Notes under the pieces: generated by a model
Seen by the model: the letters and a program-made list of their open reading frames with translations, nothing else
Databases searched by the model: none
Told to the model about the DNA's origin: nothing
Made by a program: the position numbers and the translations under genes
Shown: piece by piece, positions 1 through 13,700 of the stretch
How the letters are laid out: each line of letters starts with the position of its first letter
Position numbering within the stretch: position 1 is the first letter of the stretch
NCBI RefSeq assembly: GCF_018350175.1
Contig: NC_058383.1
Location: 29,018,001 to 29,082,000 of the forward strand
Direction: 5' to 3'
DNA length: 64,000 nt
From: Felis catus
Lineage: Eukaryota

Positions 1-117
1 TATCTTTCTCTGATGCACTTATTCAGCTTAGCATAATAAGCTCTAGCTCCATCCACGTCATTGCAAATGGCAAGATTTCATTCTTTTTGATGGCCAAGTA
101 ATAGTCCGTTGGTGTGT

Positions 118-120
<3 letters not shown>

Positions 121-159
<39 letters not shown>

Positions 160-160
160 A
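121..160. repeat. (CA)n microsatellite
   Basis: Direct reading. Confidence 0.95.
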
Positions 161-890
161 CTTGCGCGTGCACACATGCCTATACACACTACCACTTCAT
201 CTTTCTCCATTCATCGGTATGGATATTTGGGTTTGGGTTCTCTCCATAGTTTGCATAGTTTGGCTATTGTTGATAACACTGCTGTAAACAGTGGGGTGCC
301 GGTGCCCCTTCGAATCAGCATTTTTGTGTCCTTTGGGTATCTAATAGTGCAATTGCTGGATTGTTGGGTAGTTCTATTTTTAGAAGTAACTCCATACCCT
401 TCTCCAGAGTGGCTGCACCAGTTTGCATTCCCACTAACAGTGCAAGAGGGTTCCCCTTTCTCCACTTCTGCGCCAACACCTGGGTTTTGTGTTGTTAATT
501 TTAGCTATTCTGACAGGTGTGAGGTGGTATCTCACTGTGGTTTTGATTTGTATCCCTGATGATGAGTGAGGTTGAGCATTTTTTCATGTGTCTGTTAGCC
601 ATCTGGATGTCTTTGGAGAAGTGTCTGTTCATGTCTTCTGCCCATTTCGTCACTGAGTTATTTGTTTTTTGGGTATTGAGTTTGATAAATTCTTTATAGA
701 TTTTGGATACTAACGCTTTATCACATATGTCATTTGCAGATGTCTTCTCCCATTCCGTTGGTTGCCTTTTAGTTTTATAGATTGTGTCTTTCGCCATGCA
801 GAAGTTTTTTATTTTGATCAAGTCCCAATAGTTCATTTTTGCTTTTGTTTCCCTGGCCTCTGATGATGTGTCTATTAAGAAGCTGCTTCA

Positions 891-1128
891 GGGAGCCTGG
901 GTGGCTCAGTTGGTTGGGCGTCTGACTTCAGCTCAGGTCATGATCTCACGGTTCATGGGATTGAGTCCCGCATCAGGCTCTGTGCTGACACCTCGGAGCC
1001 TGGAGCCTGCTTCTGATTCTGTGTCTTCCTGTCTCTCTCTCTCTCTCTGCTGTTCCCCTGCTCACACTCTATGTCAGTCTCCGTCTCGAAAAATAAATAA
1101 ACATTAAAAAAACTAAAAAAAAAAAAAA
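891..1128 (+). mobile_element. CanSINE inserted in L1
   Basis: tRNA-like head, (CT)n, A tail; TSD aagctgcttca / aagttgcttca. Confidence 0.93.
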
Positions 1129-1279
1129 GTTGCTTCAGCCAAGGTCAAAGAGGTTGTTGCCTGTGTTAGAAATTTTATTTTAAAACTGACTATTTAGAAA
1201 TTCACGTTCACATGCAGTGTAACTCCTTAGTGTTAGTTGTGGAAAGTGTCTTATTCTCACGGTCTATTGACACTTCTTT

Positions 1280-1316
1280 AAAAAAAATTTTTTTTTTATT
1301 AAGTTTATTTATTTAT

Positions 1317-1353
<37 letters not shown>

Positions 1354-1517
1354 ACAAGCAGGGGAGGGGCAGAGAGAGGGAGAGACAGAATCCCAAGCAG
1401 GCTCCACACCATCAGCGCAGAGCCCGATGCGGGGCCTGAACCCATGAACTGCGAGATCATGACCTGGGCCAAGATCAGGAGTCAGACGCTCAACTGACTA
1501 TGCCACCCAGGCGCCCC
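1280..1517 (-). mobile_element. CanSINE
   Basis: Reverse head ...ccacccaggcgcccc; (GA)n; diverged ~21-bp TSD. Confidence 0.92.
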
Positions 1518-1710
1518 TCATAGTCTACTGATACTTCTGATGTCGGTGGGGCTGAGTTAATAAACTGCAGGAGGATGTCATTTCGGCGCAGAGGCAGAAT
1601 CTTGGTTTGTAATGCATCAACTCAGTTTTCGGCGGTGTTTCAAAATGCTTTCAGGGTATTTAGCCCATGAAAGGCTGTGTGGTGATAAAACATATAACTT
1701 CAAATGGTAG

Positions 1711-1956
<246 letters not shown>

Positions 1957-2106
1957 TAATGAATAGTTTCCTATCACGGCAGAATTGAACTGGCAGAAAA
2001 ACCTAGAACAGAATGAGAGCAACTTAACGGTGAAAAGTGTAGACGTAGCCACCAACAGGAGCCTGACATGGTGGTTGACCACCGTTCACCTTTGTGAATC
2101 TGTCTT

Positions 2107-2322
2107 TTTTTTTTTTTTCAACGTTTATTTATTTTTGGGACAGAGAGAGACAGAGCATGAACGGGCAAGGGGCAGAGAGAGAGGGAGACACAGAATCGGA
2201 AACAGGCTCCAGGCTCTGAGCCATCAGCCCAGAGCCCGACTCAGGGGCTCGAACTCACGGACCGCAAGATCGTGACCTGGCTGAAGTCGGACGCTTAACT
2301 GACTGCGCCACCCAGGCGCCCC
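2107..2322 (-). mobile_element. Young felid CanSINE
   Basis: Perfect 16-bp TSD tttgtgaatctgtctt (2091-2106, 2323-2338); most CpGs retained. Confidence 0.95.
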
Positions 2323-2785
2323 TTTGTGAATCTGTCTTGAGGGAAGTGTTCTTGGTCTGCATTCAGATTGTGTGGCACGGAACCTCATGCCCGTTAACTG
2401 ATACTGCTGTGTTCAGCCTCGGGCACGGTTGCTGTTTTCCTAAAACGAAGGGTAGTACGTGTGATTTGACAGGTTAGGATGGCTTGGTTGGATCTGCGTC
2501 GTTAGCAGCCTCCTCCTGGTTGCTGTTATGTGCTGTGGAGTAAGTCACCTGGCCAAGAGGTGTCGGTGAGCGAGAACAGAACAGTGAGTGAGTAGCAGTT
2601 GAGGTGGAACCTGGAAGCATTTAGAAGGTAGAATCGGTGGAATTTGGGATGGGGTGTGGGTGGCGAAAGTGGAAGGGGAGAGAAGAACGATAGTCAGGCC
2701 AGAGATTGGAGCTGCTGAGACGGATGGCAGGTGGGGTGGCCTGGCGTGATACGTGGGTGGAGGAGGCCAGGAGGTGACCCAGGGG

Positions 2786-3213
2786 TGAGTGGGGGCCACA
2801 CCTGACTGATTGAACCAGTAAAGATGCAAAAAGCCACTGTTGGATTTAGGCAGCTTATTATATAAAGAAGGAGGATCAGCCAGTGGTGCCAACTGCATCT
2901 GGTCCCTGTCCCACACACCAGAAAGACGACACTGAAACCAAAGGGGCCAGGGGACTGTGGCGTGAGTTGTGGCTACCCGTTACCGAACAGTCAATTCTAG
3001 ACCACAGCTAAGTGCTTTTCTGTGCCGTAGCTCCATTCTGCAAAGGAGGGTGGGGCAGAAAACCCGCATGCCTCATCACAACCTGAGAAGCGGTGAGAAA
3101 CCCGTATGACAGCCTCCTGGGAGAGAGAGGGAGGCGGGCGGGAGATGGCCGAGTAGCAGCTCCTCACAAGCCCCTGCGTCCCACCCATCGGCTCCCCCTG
3201 GGGTGTTCCAACA
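2786..3213 (-). mobile_element. Probable old ERV solo LTR inside L2-like sequence
   Basis: About 430 bp; the minus strand starts TGTTGG and ends CA, with an AATAAG-like signal near the 3' end. Family not identified and no clear TSD. Confidence 0.4.
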
Positions 3214-4009
3214 GGAGATTGGTCCTGACTCAGGCCTTGGCCTGTGTGTCTTCAGTGGATATGTGCAAGGGTGAGTGTCCTGTAGGCAGGCTTTTCATTC
3301 TGGAGCGCAGGAGAGAAGGTGAGGTGAGGGCTAGGTGTGGCTGTTGTGGGCGGAGAGACTGGGCCTGGGTTGGAGCACCTCCCATGTGCTGAAGAATGAG
3401 AGTAAGATGGTCTGGGGTGGGTTCCTGAAAGATCTAGCATTTAAATGTTAGGCGGAAGTAGAAACATGTGCCCAGAGAGTATTGTGGCCAGCAGCCCAGG
3501 AAAGAGAATGTTCAAAGAAGGGCACATAGGCGTGGAGGAGTAAGGATAAGGACTGAGATGTGGCCGTTGGCTTAGCCTTGGGAGGAGTTTTTTTTTTTTT
3601 TTTTTTAAAGTGTTGCAGTAAAAGTTTACTAATAGTTTTGAGAGAATTCCAAATATCTGTTCTAGTTTGCCAGAGGACAGAGGAGAAAGAGACAGAAATC
3701 TTGAGACCCAAGGGAACCGGGATATTTAGCTGGGACCCCAACCCAGCACTCCCCACCACAGGAATTCATGCACTTGACGAGAAGGACCTCTGGTCACAAG
3801 GAAGAATCAAAACTTTGGTATAGGAATTAGGGTCAGATTATTCACCATTTATAACATATTCCCCATATGTTCAAGCATTATGGTAGGTACAGAGGGTATA
3901 AGAATAAATGATTCCTGGCTTTCCTGTCTAAGAGCTAACAGTCTGTCTGGGAGGAAGCCATCAAAATGTCATTAAAAATTTGCATAGTGATGTGAAGTTT
4001 CTAAAAAAC

Positions 4010-5400
4010 GGTCTTAAAAGTTAAAAAAAAGTTTTAATTGTGGCAAAATACACATAAAATTTACTACCCTATTTCTTTTTTTACATTAAGATTTTTTTTT
4101 TATGTTTTATTTTTTATATTTGAGAGAAAGAGAGAGAGATGGAGTATGAGCAGGGGAGGGGCAGAGAGAGAGAGGAGACACAGAATCTGAGCCAGGCTCC
4201 AGGCTCTGAGCTGTCAGCACAACCTGATGCGGGGCTCAGACTCACAGACCATGAGATCATGACCTGAGCCGAAGTCGGACGCTTAACCCACTGAGCCACC
4301 CAGGTGCCCCTAAACATTTATTTATTTTTGAGACAGACAGACAGAGAGAGAGAGAGAGCGAGAGCGAGCAAGCAGGGGAGGGGCAGAGAGAGGGGGACAG
4401 AGGATTAAAAAGCAGGCTCTTTGCTGGCAGCAGAGAGCCTGAGGCAGGGCTCAAACTCACAGACTCAAACTGTGAGATCATGACCAGAGTGGAAGTCAGA
4501 CACTTACCTGACTGATCCCCCCAGGCACCCCTGTCCTATCTCTAAGTGTACATACAGTTCTGTGGTAGTAAGTATGTTCACCTTATTGTCTAGCCATCAC
4601 TGCCATCTGTCCTCGTAACTGTTTTCGTCCGGCAAAACTGAAACTCTGTCCCCATTAAACACTGGCTCCCTGTCTACCCGCTGCCCCAGCCCCTGCCACC
4701 CACCATTCTACTTTCTGTCTCTAGGAGTCTGACTACTCCTGGTACCTTCTCTGAGTGGAGTCCTACAGTGTTTGTCTTTTTGTGACTGGCTTATTTCACT
4801 TAGCGTGATGTCCCCCGGGTTCATCCATGTTGTAGCAGGGATCAGTATTCCCTTCCTTTTTAAGCTGAATAATAGTCCATTGTCTGTATATGCCACATTT
4901 TCTTCACTCGTGCATCATGGATACTGGGTTGCTTCCACCTTTTTGATCTTTGTGAAGTAACGCTGCTGTGATCAAGGGTGTGCAAATATCTCTTGGAGTT
5001 CCTGCTTTCAGTTCCTTTGGGTATATACCCAGAAATTGCTGGATCATATGGAAATTCTATATTTAATTAAAAAAATTTTTTTAAAACATTTCTTTATTTT
5101 TGAGAGGGAGAGAGACAGTGCAAGCAAGACGGGGACACACAGAATTCGAAGCAGGCTCTAGGCTCCAAGCCGGCAGCACAGAGCCCGACGCGGGGCTTGA
5201 ACTCACGGATCTCGAGATGACGGCCTGAGCTGAAGTCGGACGCTTAGCCGACTGAGCCACCCAGGCGCCCCTATATATTTAATTTTTTGAGGAACCACCA
5301 TACTGTTTTCCGTAGTGACTGTGCCACTTTCTGTTTCCACCAACAGGGCACGAGTGTTACAGTTTTCTCCACATCCCGGCCAACACTCGTTAGCTTTGGG
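4010..5400 (-). mobile_element. Old L1M 3' end carrying three nested CanSINEs (about 4085-4310, 4311-4531, 5069-5271, all minus)
   Basis: L1 peptide remnant (ATTWMNPGDITLSEISQSQKDK); SINE heads and tails are visible. Confidence 0.88.
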
Positions 5401-5790
5401 AGTTGTTGAAAGAGAGGAGCAGCTTCAGTGAGGGAGAGGCCAGAGAGCAGAGGTCTGCAGGTAGCTGGCAGTGAAGCTGGAGCTAGTGAGCAGAGGGAAG
5501 ACTTGAGTTAATGTAGCCATGATGAGAGCAGACGGGGCTGCGGCTGTTCGCAAGATAGAGAAATTGAGCCCATTTACCCACCACCGGGAAGAAAGGAGGG
5601 ACGAAACCGAATGGGGATGGGTCTCAGAATGTTGTACTATAAACGTTGTATAAAAAATGCATTTAACGAGAAAAGCTGGGAGAATTTGGAGAATGCTTGA
5701 TGGGATCCGTCAACTGCTGGATAGGTTTCCTCAGAATTTAATGCAGTGTTGAATTTGGTCAGCAGGTGGCAGCTGAGAAAAGTTTGTGGG

Positions 5791-5859
5791 TTTTTTTTTT
5801 TTTTTTTATGTTTGTTTATTTTTTGAGAGAGAGAGACAAAGTGTGAGTGGGGAGGGGCA

Positions 5860-5904
<45 letters not shown>

Positions 5905-6020
5905 TCCGAAGCAGGCTCCAGGCTCTGAGCTGTCAGCACAGAGCCCGATGTGGGGCTACAACCCACAAGCTGTGAGATCATGACCTGAGTCAAATGCTTA
6001 ACTGAGCCACCCAGGCACCC
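5791..6020 (-). mobile_element. CanSINE with internal (CA)n
   Basis: TSD gaaaagtttgtg (5777-5788, 6022-6033). Confidence 0.93.
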
Positions 6021-6346
6021 TGAAAAGTTTGTGTTTTTAAGACTGCTTGCTACCCATAGAAATTTCAGCAAATGTTGTGCAGTGATGGGTAAACCCTAGG
6101 CACTGTTAGTACAGTAACTAATAAATAATTTGCTCCTTGCTAGTTCCATGTTCTAAAACAGAAGAGTGGTCTATACATTGATCATTTCAGATGCAGTTGT
6201 TTAGGATGATGGAGACAGAATATGGGAAACTAAAGCTGTCTAACTCGATGTAACATTTCAGTGCTTTTTGGGGGCTAGGTTTTAACCTGTCCAACTAAGG
6301 AATATATGTACGTCAATAGTTTCCTTGGTTTGTTTCTCTAAATTAG

Positions 6347-6403
6347 GAAGAACTGAATGACGCTGTGGGATTTTCTAGAGTTATTCATGCCATTGCCAAT
6401 TCG
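6347..6403 (+). CDS. PARN: PARN exon 12: EELNDAVGFSRVIHAIANS (57 nt, phase 0-0)
   Basis: Acceptor aattag|GAA, donor TCG|gtaagt. Confidence 0.97.
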
Positions 6404-6423
6404 GTAAGTGAACCAGGGTCTAT

Positions 6424-6496
6424 TTTCCTTCCTTCCTTCCTCCCTCCCTTCCTTCCTTCCTTCCTTCCTTCCTTCCTTCCTTCCTTCCTTCCTTCC

Positions 6497-6541
<45 letters not shown>

Positions 6542-6560
6542 TTCTTTCTTTCTTTCTTTC
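6424..6560. repeat. Compound (TTCC)n(CT)n(TTTC)n tract (SINE tail)
   Basis: Direct reading. Confidence 0.93.
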
Positions 6561-7002
6561 AAGTTTATTTTGAGACAGAGAGAGACCGTGCATCAGAAAG
6601 AGGGAGGGAGAGAGAATCCCAAGCGGGCTCTACACTGTCAGCATGGAGCCCATTGTGGGGCTCGAACTCATGAAATGTGAGATCACAACATGAACTGAAA
6701 CCAAGAGTTGTACCTTTGACTCAGCCACCCAGGAGCCCTTTTCCTCCTCCTCCTCCTCCTCCTCCTCCTCCTCCTCCTCCTCTTCTTCTTCTTCTTCTTC
6801 TTCTTCTTCTTCTTTTTTTATTTGTTTATTTTGAGAGAGAGGGAGCGAGAGCGGTGGGTGGGGAGGGCTGGGGGTGGGCAGAGAGATTATCACAGGCAGG
6901 CTCTGTGCTGTCAGCATGGAGCCTGATGTTGGGCTTAAACTCACGAATCATGACCTGAGCTGAAGTCCGACCCTCCACTGACTCAGCCACCCAGGCACCC
7001 CC
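6561..7002 (-). mobile_element. Two tandem CanSINEs (6561-6738, 6814-7002) separated by (TCC)13(TCT)11
   Basis: Two reverse heads; triplet tract at 6742-6813. Confidence 0.92.
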
Positions 7003-7193
7003 AGGCTTTTTCTTTTTAACTAGGTTTCTGAATATAACATCTAAGGTGAGATGCTTAGTTATGATTGTGGATTAGCCATTTGGTCACGTGTAGAATGTTT
7101 ACCTGGTATGGAGGGAGACTGGTTATAATGCACCAGGTGGGACATTGTAATTGTTGATTGGATCCACACCATTTTTCGGAAGGTTTTCTCGTA

Positions 7194-7297
7194 GGGGCGC
7201 CTGGTTTCTCAGTGAGTAGAGCGTTCAACTCTTGATCTCGGGGTTGGGAGTTCAAGGCCCATGTTGGGTGTAGAGATTACTTTAAAAAATTGAAAAG
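7194..7297 (+). mobile_element. Short older carnivore SINE
   Basis: ggggcgcctgg...gtagagattact body; TSD aaggttttctYgta. Confidence 0.85.
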
Positions 7298-8559
7298 AAA
7301 AGGTTTTCTTGTAAAATGCGTAGGATTATACTACAATGTCTTTATATGGCTGCGTGAAACTAACATTTATTATTCTCAAAACTAGTAAGAAGTGGAATAA
7401 GAAAGGACAGAGTGTGGGGAGAAATAATCAGGTTTCTGACTGAAGGCGTTTTTGTTCCTTAATTAGAAGAATCTAGAGGACAAAAATAATGGAGTTCTGT
7501 ATAACTGTAACTGAATCTTCTATCTTGATAGCTTTGATGATATTTGATGAGTTTTCAAAATGTGTTGACCATTTGTGTATATATGCTAGAGGGTTCCATG
7601 ATAGGTATGGTAGACATTTTTGCTTCCTAAGTTCCTTTGGCAAAGAGGCCTCCACATCTTGCACAGATAAACTGGGTCAGGCTGCTGGTGGTTTTGCGGA
7701 TTGTATATCCGAGTCAGGCAGCTTGCTGGGTTGCTAAATAGCCTGGAGTCTAAGACTTTCTGTTCCTTGAGTGTCGGCCATGGAGAAGGAATTGTCCCCC
7801 CTAGAGACGGAATCATCTCGTCCGTTAGATGCCCAGCTTTGTATCAAGGACACTTTAAGGCTGTAGAGATCCCCCCAGAGTTCCGTGGCTGTCCCACCAC
7901 CAGGTGTGGGCTTGTCAGATCAGGTCTTGAGGGCAGGCCTACCACTGTCCTCGACTGGGGACAGACAGCAGTGACAGAGCCCTGAGCTCACTGGGAGCTG
8001 TTGGTCTGAAGTGAGTGAGGTAGTCAGAATGGAATAGAAAGCCAGATGAGTCTGGAGAGAAACAACGTGAGAGTCTGTTCAGAAGTGGCTAGGATAACAG
8101 GTATCCAGAGGAGCAAAGAGGGTCTTCTGGTTACATTTGCTTCCATTATACACACTCAGCCTGTGGACTTCAGTCAAGTGGTTAATTTGACTGAGGCTGG
8201 CCTGTACAGACATGCGGGGCGTCAGTTGGCTTTGAGCTCTGGTAGCCATCCTGAGAGTGTTTGTTTTCCTGGTTCATATTCAGATGCCTTCGCTGGCTGT
8301 GTGTTTGTTGGTTTTCACTCCCTGTTGTCCTGTCTTCTACAGAATAATTCATAGCATGTTGATGACCGTTGGTAGTTAACGTCACAAAGCCTACTACTGA
8401 AGAAAAGTCCTATTTCTTAGCAATCCAGACATTTAATACTTCTAAGCCACGTCCCTTAAAAACAGAGTCGGGCTATGTAAAGCCAGTGAACACTGAACAC
8501 TCTTAAATATTTATATGACACCACATTCTCTCCCTGGCACTGTTCGTAGTAAATATGTA

Positions 8560-9600
8560 TTTTCTATAGTTTAAGAAACTATAGACAAGTTGCAAAAATA
8601 GTAGAGTTTCCGTAGATCCCTCGCCCAGCTACCCTTACACTGATGCCTCATATAACCACAGGGGTATCAGAACCAGGAAATTAACGCTGGTACAGTATTA
8701 TGAACCGGACTCTTGAGCTTATTTGAACTTCATCACTCTCCCCACTGACTCCGTTTTCCATTCACAGTTCTTTCCAGGATCCTACGTCGCATTGAATTGT
8801 CCTTTCCCTTTAGTCTTCAGCCCTCTGAGCAGTCTCTTTTTGTCTTTTGTAATTCGATGTGCTTAAAGAATGCTGATTGTAATTTTGTCAGATATCCCTC
8901 AGTTTGGGTTTGCCTGATCTTTTCTCACGATTGGATTGAGGATGTACAGTTTTGGCAAGAATCCCATGGAAATGATAGTTTGTGATGTTGACCTTGATCA
9001 CCTGGTTGAGCTGGTATCTGCTGGAATTGTGTACTGTGACATTATCATTTGTCCCTCTATGGCTAATAAATTCGGGGGGATACTTTGAGACTATGAAAAT
9101 GCTGCTTTTTCTCAACCTCTTGCCCACTAAAACAGCGTGTCAGTGGATTTTGTCTGCAGCCATTATTGCTTTGGTGTTTTAATGGTGAGTTTATATTTTC
9201 TTCTTTCTTTCTACCCTTGTTCTTGGAATTCTTCTGTAAGGAAGCGATGTCCCTTATTTCATGTTTATGTATTCATTTAAAAAATGTTTAAAGAAGCACA
9301 CACTTCGAGGAATTTATGTTATTCTACAGATTGTAATCTGATATTTTTCTTGTTTATTTTGTTGCTCAAAATGTATCACTTTTGGCCATTGGCGCTTCTT
9401 CAGCTTGGCTCCTGTGTCCTTTGAGCAGGCCCCCATCCTTCTTGGAGCACCTCCTTACTCTCTGGCATCACAGAATGTTCAGACTCCTATTGTGTTTTCC
9501 CTGCCTTAGTCCTAGAACCTAAGGTCTCCACGGAGGCCTGGTTCCTTTTATTGGATAATGGTGTTTAGAAACCAGATCTGGCAGTAGGTTCCTACTGTGG
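8560..9600 (-). mobile_element. Ancient L1 (L1MC-like) 3' region
   Basis: Resembles the recalled L1MC 3' UTR (aagttgcaaaaatagt..., gtttagaaaccagatctgg). Confidence 0.65.
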
Positions 9601-10448
9601 TAGTTACTGCTGTGGCCGAAAGGAGAGCTTGTTTGTTGGATTTGGAAGATTTTGTATGGAATTATTTATTTCAGAGAATTGTGGTTAGCCCTATGAGTCA
9701 AGGAGTATCACTCTGGAGGTGCACTGGGACCCGGTCAAAAGCTCCATGGTAATGACCAGATGTTTTATGTTAAAAGTGGTGTCACCTGGCTAGCTGAATG
9801 TAGGTCAGTGTTCCATTTTGATAGTTAAATTTTTATCATGATGGAGTAATTGATTGAACACATATTGTAGTTCAGTTGGTTGAAAAGCAAAGCAGCAAAT
9901 GGCACTGGAAATGCACATGAATTTTGACATAGATGTGAAGGAAATGGAAATTCATCCTGTTTAATAGAACTCAAGTTTATTTATTTTTTTTACCTTTCAG
10001 CGTTCTTGTGAATGTATCTTTTAAAAAATAAATGAGTTGTTTTAAAGAACACACTCCTAGAATAGATGTTTGGAATCTGTTGACAAATTATTGACAGGTC
10101 AAGGTAGTTAGCATTTTCAGTTACTTTTTTGAGCTCTTCAATAAAAATTTTACTACTTCTGATTCTTGAAGGTGGCAAGATGAATAAAAAGCAGAGAAAA
10201 ACATCAATGAAATCAAAGTCATTGGTGCTTTTACTTTGCATTCTGGATCTAATACGCTGAGATTAAAGAGGAAGAAAGCCAGGCCCAACTTATTTATCCA
10301 CATATAAGGTTTTTTTGATTTTTTTTTTCCATGTCAAAAAGTAAGTTTAGGACAAAGTCCTCATAGAATCTGAACCGCACATTTCCGTCTCAAGCGCCAG
10401 TATAATTTTGTGCCAAGAAGTCTTTTTCCTGACCTTGACTTTCTGTAG

Positions 10449-10770
<322 letters not shown>

Positions 10771-10797
10771 AGCTGTGTTAAAACTTCATGATTCCTT

Positions 10798-11168
10798 GCC
10801 ATGGCAACGACATTGGTGGAGCTAGAGAGTATCATGCTAAGTGGAATAAGTCAGAGAAAGACAAACACTGTATGATTTCACTCATGTGGAATATAAGAAA
10901 CAAAACGAACGAGCAAAGGAGAAAAAGAGAGAGAGAGGCAAACCAAGAAACAGGCTCTTGACTGTAGAGAACACGCTGATGGTCACGAGAGGGGAGGCGG
11001 GTGGGGGATGGGCTAGGTCGGGAGGGGGAGGAAGGAGTGCACTTGTTGGGATGAGCTCTGGGTGACATGTGGAAGTGGGGAATTACTATGTCGTCCGCCT
11101 GAAACTAATATTACACCGTGTGTTAACTAACTGGAATTTAAATGAAAACTTAAAAAAAGAAGAGAAAG
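10798..11168 (+). mobile_element. Carnivore L1 3' end (5'-truncated)
   Basis: End of ORF2 (atgctaagtggaataagtcagagaaagacaaa), G-rich 3' UTR and A-rich tail. Confidence 0.88.
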
Positions 11169-12192
11169 AAATTCCCAGTTCCTTATTACTATGACAGTGT
11201 TCTCTACATGAGAGCTGTTTCCTTGTAGGCACCATGTTCCCAGGGAGAGAGTGTCATGTGCTTAGTCGTACATTTTTGAAGAGATGTACTTACAAGCTGT
11301 TATCGGGAATCTTCAGTCATCCGCCATTGCCAGAGCAAAGTTGGACCTTTGTTCCGTCTTGACGCCAGTGGTTTGCTCAGTTAGCGCTGGCCGGGGCTTC
11401 TTCGGCCACGGCTGTGGTCTCCCAGTTCGCTGCTGCTACCTTTAGCTATAATGGGGCCTTTGAAGGCCAGTTGTGCTGCGGGTCAGCCGAGCTGGATCAG
11501 GTCCTACAAAATCCACGATTACCTCTTGTGGGGCTGCCTCCCTTAGATTCTCTGTCAACCTTGCCGTTTTTGCTCCTGGAGCCAAGTTGTCTCAGTGCAC
11601 CAGGGCACAGGCTTCTTGGGCCCTGCAGGAAAGGAGGTTCTCTTCTGTTTCTTCCTCCTCTGCTCCCAACTGTGCACGTGGCCTCATCTTGCTTACCTCC
11701 CATTGCTCGTCCTCCCCTCTCCTTTATTGGCTCTCCCTACTTTCCGCCTTCGGGGATCTCACCCACACTCATGCCGTCGGCTGAAGACAGTGCCAGCTTT
11801 ATCTCCAGCCGTAATCTTTCCCCGGATGCAGGTGCACAGTTCCCGCCGACTCCACACGACTCCATCCGGATAGCCTTCAGACCAGGAGGTGTTTGTGATT
11901 TATAGGTCTCAGACGAGATGTGTAGCTTACACTGCCTTTCTTCCCTTCTCACTCTCTCCCAACCAGTTATCTCTCCTTATTCCTTTACTATAAATTATAA
12001 ATGATACCCTCTCACAGTACTGTTTTTTGACATTAGTTGGGCCTCTTCCTGGTCACTTACAGAATCCTGACCACTTGTCTCCGTGCCGTCTCTCACATTT
12101 GGACCTCTTCGTTTTAACTGCAGGTGGCCTTCTCATCTGCAGCCTAGCAGACCCCAGGCAGGCTTCCTTGTCTTTCAACTCATCCTTTAAAA

Positions 12193-12413
12193 CAAAGGTT
12201 GGCAAACTTTTTCTATAAACGGCCAGATAGTAAGATATTTTAGGCTTTGCAGGGTGTACAGTCCATATCACAGCTCTCAGCACTGCCATTATAGCCCGAA
12301 AATGGCCATAGAATGGATAAACAAATGGGTGTGGCTTTGCTCGAGTAAAACTCTGTTTAAAAAATAGGTAATGGGCCAGATTTGGCCTGTAGGCCATGGT
12401 TTGCCAATCCCTG
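12193..12413 (-). mobile_element. MER58A-like hAT-Charlie MITE
   Basis: 221 bp; imperfect TIRs caaaggttggcaaact / ggtttgccaatccctg; body matches the recalled MER58A consensus. Confidence 0.85.
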
Positions 12414-12959
12414 CTTTCAGCTGCCACCACATTAATCTTTTATGACTTCTGGACTGGAAGAGCTCCTTCAGAGCTCAGTGTCGCTTATACATAGGCAAAG
12501 CCTGAGTTATTTCATGTTTCTTATGAGACGTTATTCCATCGCCATCTTGATTGCTTTCTTTGGAAAAGTCTAGCAAAGCCCAGCTGAGAATACAGTGGAT
12601 CTGCTCCTCCCCTTGTCCTATTTCTGTACCCTCAGGACTGTCAGGGCTTTTAGGACAACTGTATCACCCTCTGGGACTCAAAGTTTTCGTAGTGGTGAGT
12701 CTCAAAACAAATAGGACCGGTGTGAATTTGCAGTGTATAATCTAAACAGCTAATGTTTATTGCAGATCAGCCACTTCTGTTGGCCAAGTACAGCAGCTCC
12801 TCTCGTGATTTTTTTGACCTTTAAACCAGTGAAGTGATTGGTAAGGAAAGAGGAAAGTGTATTACATCCTGCGTCTGAACGCCAAATAGAGCTTGGCACA
12901 GAGGAGGCGTTGAATGTTAACAATTGAGCTATCTTCCGACTGTGCTAGTTTTATAATCT

Positions 12960-13700
12960 TCTGATATATGGCTCTGTTCACATCACTGACCCTGCTCAAA
13001 AGTCTGAACCTAATCCCACATTCTTTGCTTTTCTATACAGCTGATTCTTTGTAGCCTGGCGTATCCAGCTTCTCTGTGATCTGGCCCAGCTGTCCTGTGC
13101 CTTCTAGTCACTTGTTGGTCTCCTTTCGGCCGGCAGGCCCGGCTCATTTGTTCCTGGGAACTGCTTTGTGTTTCAGCCTGTCCGTGGTTTGGTCTACCAT
13201 TTCCTCCACTTTGGATTTTCTCCACGTTTGCTGTATGCAGCTTTCCCTGTCTTACCAAGGTCCAGCAAACGCCTCTTCCGTGAAGTTTTCCATGCCCGCT
13301 TGCCTTGCCCAAGAGGTGATCTTTCCTTTCTCTGAACTCTCACAGAACTGTGTACCTCTTGTGCCTACAGTTTTTGTTGACAGCCCTCCCCCTTTCTTCT
13401 AGGTGATCGGCTCCTCTGGAGAAGGGGTTTACGGGTCCAAACGGCTAGTATAGCACATTGTCCACGCGCTTAATAAATGTCACCTTGAATGAAACTATTG
13501 TAGTTCTGAATCCAGTTCTAGTAGAAAGGGCATGTGATTTGCCGCAGAGTCGGACATGAGTTAGGAGACTTGGCTTCATCCCTTGCTTTATTACTTAAGG
13601 CGACCTTAGTAAGTAATTGAACTTTGTGTTCTGTCCGTCAGAAGGAGAAAATGGTTTTCTTCCAGCTAGTTTTGGAAGAAGCATTGAGAATAAATGTGAA
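12960..13700. mobile_element. L2 3' remnant followed by a MIR remnant
   Basis: Degenerate motifs (gcttaataaatgtcaccttgaatgaa; gaccttagtaagtaattgaactttgtg). Confidence 0.5.

Larger units (their letters stand above)
1..1165 (-). mobile_element. L1 fragment (ORF2 C-terminal region), interrupted by (CA)n and a SINE
   Basis: Minus-strand ORFs resemble L1 ORF2p ([10 protein letters not shown]...KRQPTEWEK...[12 protein letters not shown]) and are frameshifted. Confidence 0.92.

Noticed and set aside
8563..8585. 10-bp hairpin tctatagttt-aag-aaactataga
   Set aside because: Short, AT-rich and at the edge of an old L1; weak evidence of function in 64 kb.
11414..11905. 163-aa Pro/Ser/Leu-rich ORF
   Set aside because: Pyrimidine-rich, L2-like decayed sequence with a non-ATG start and no homology recognised.
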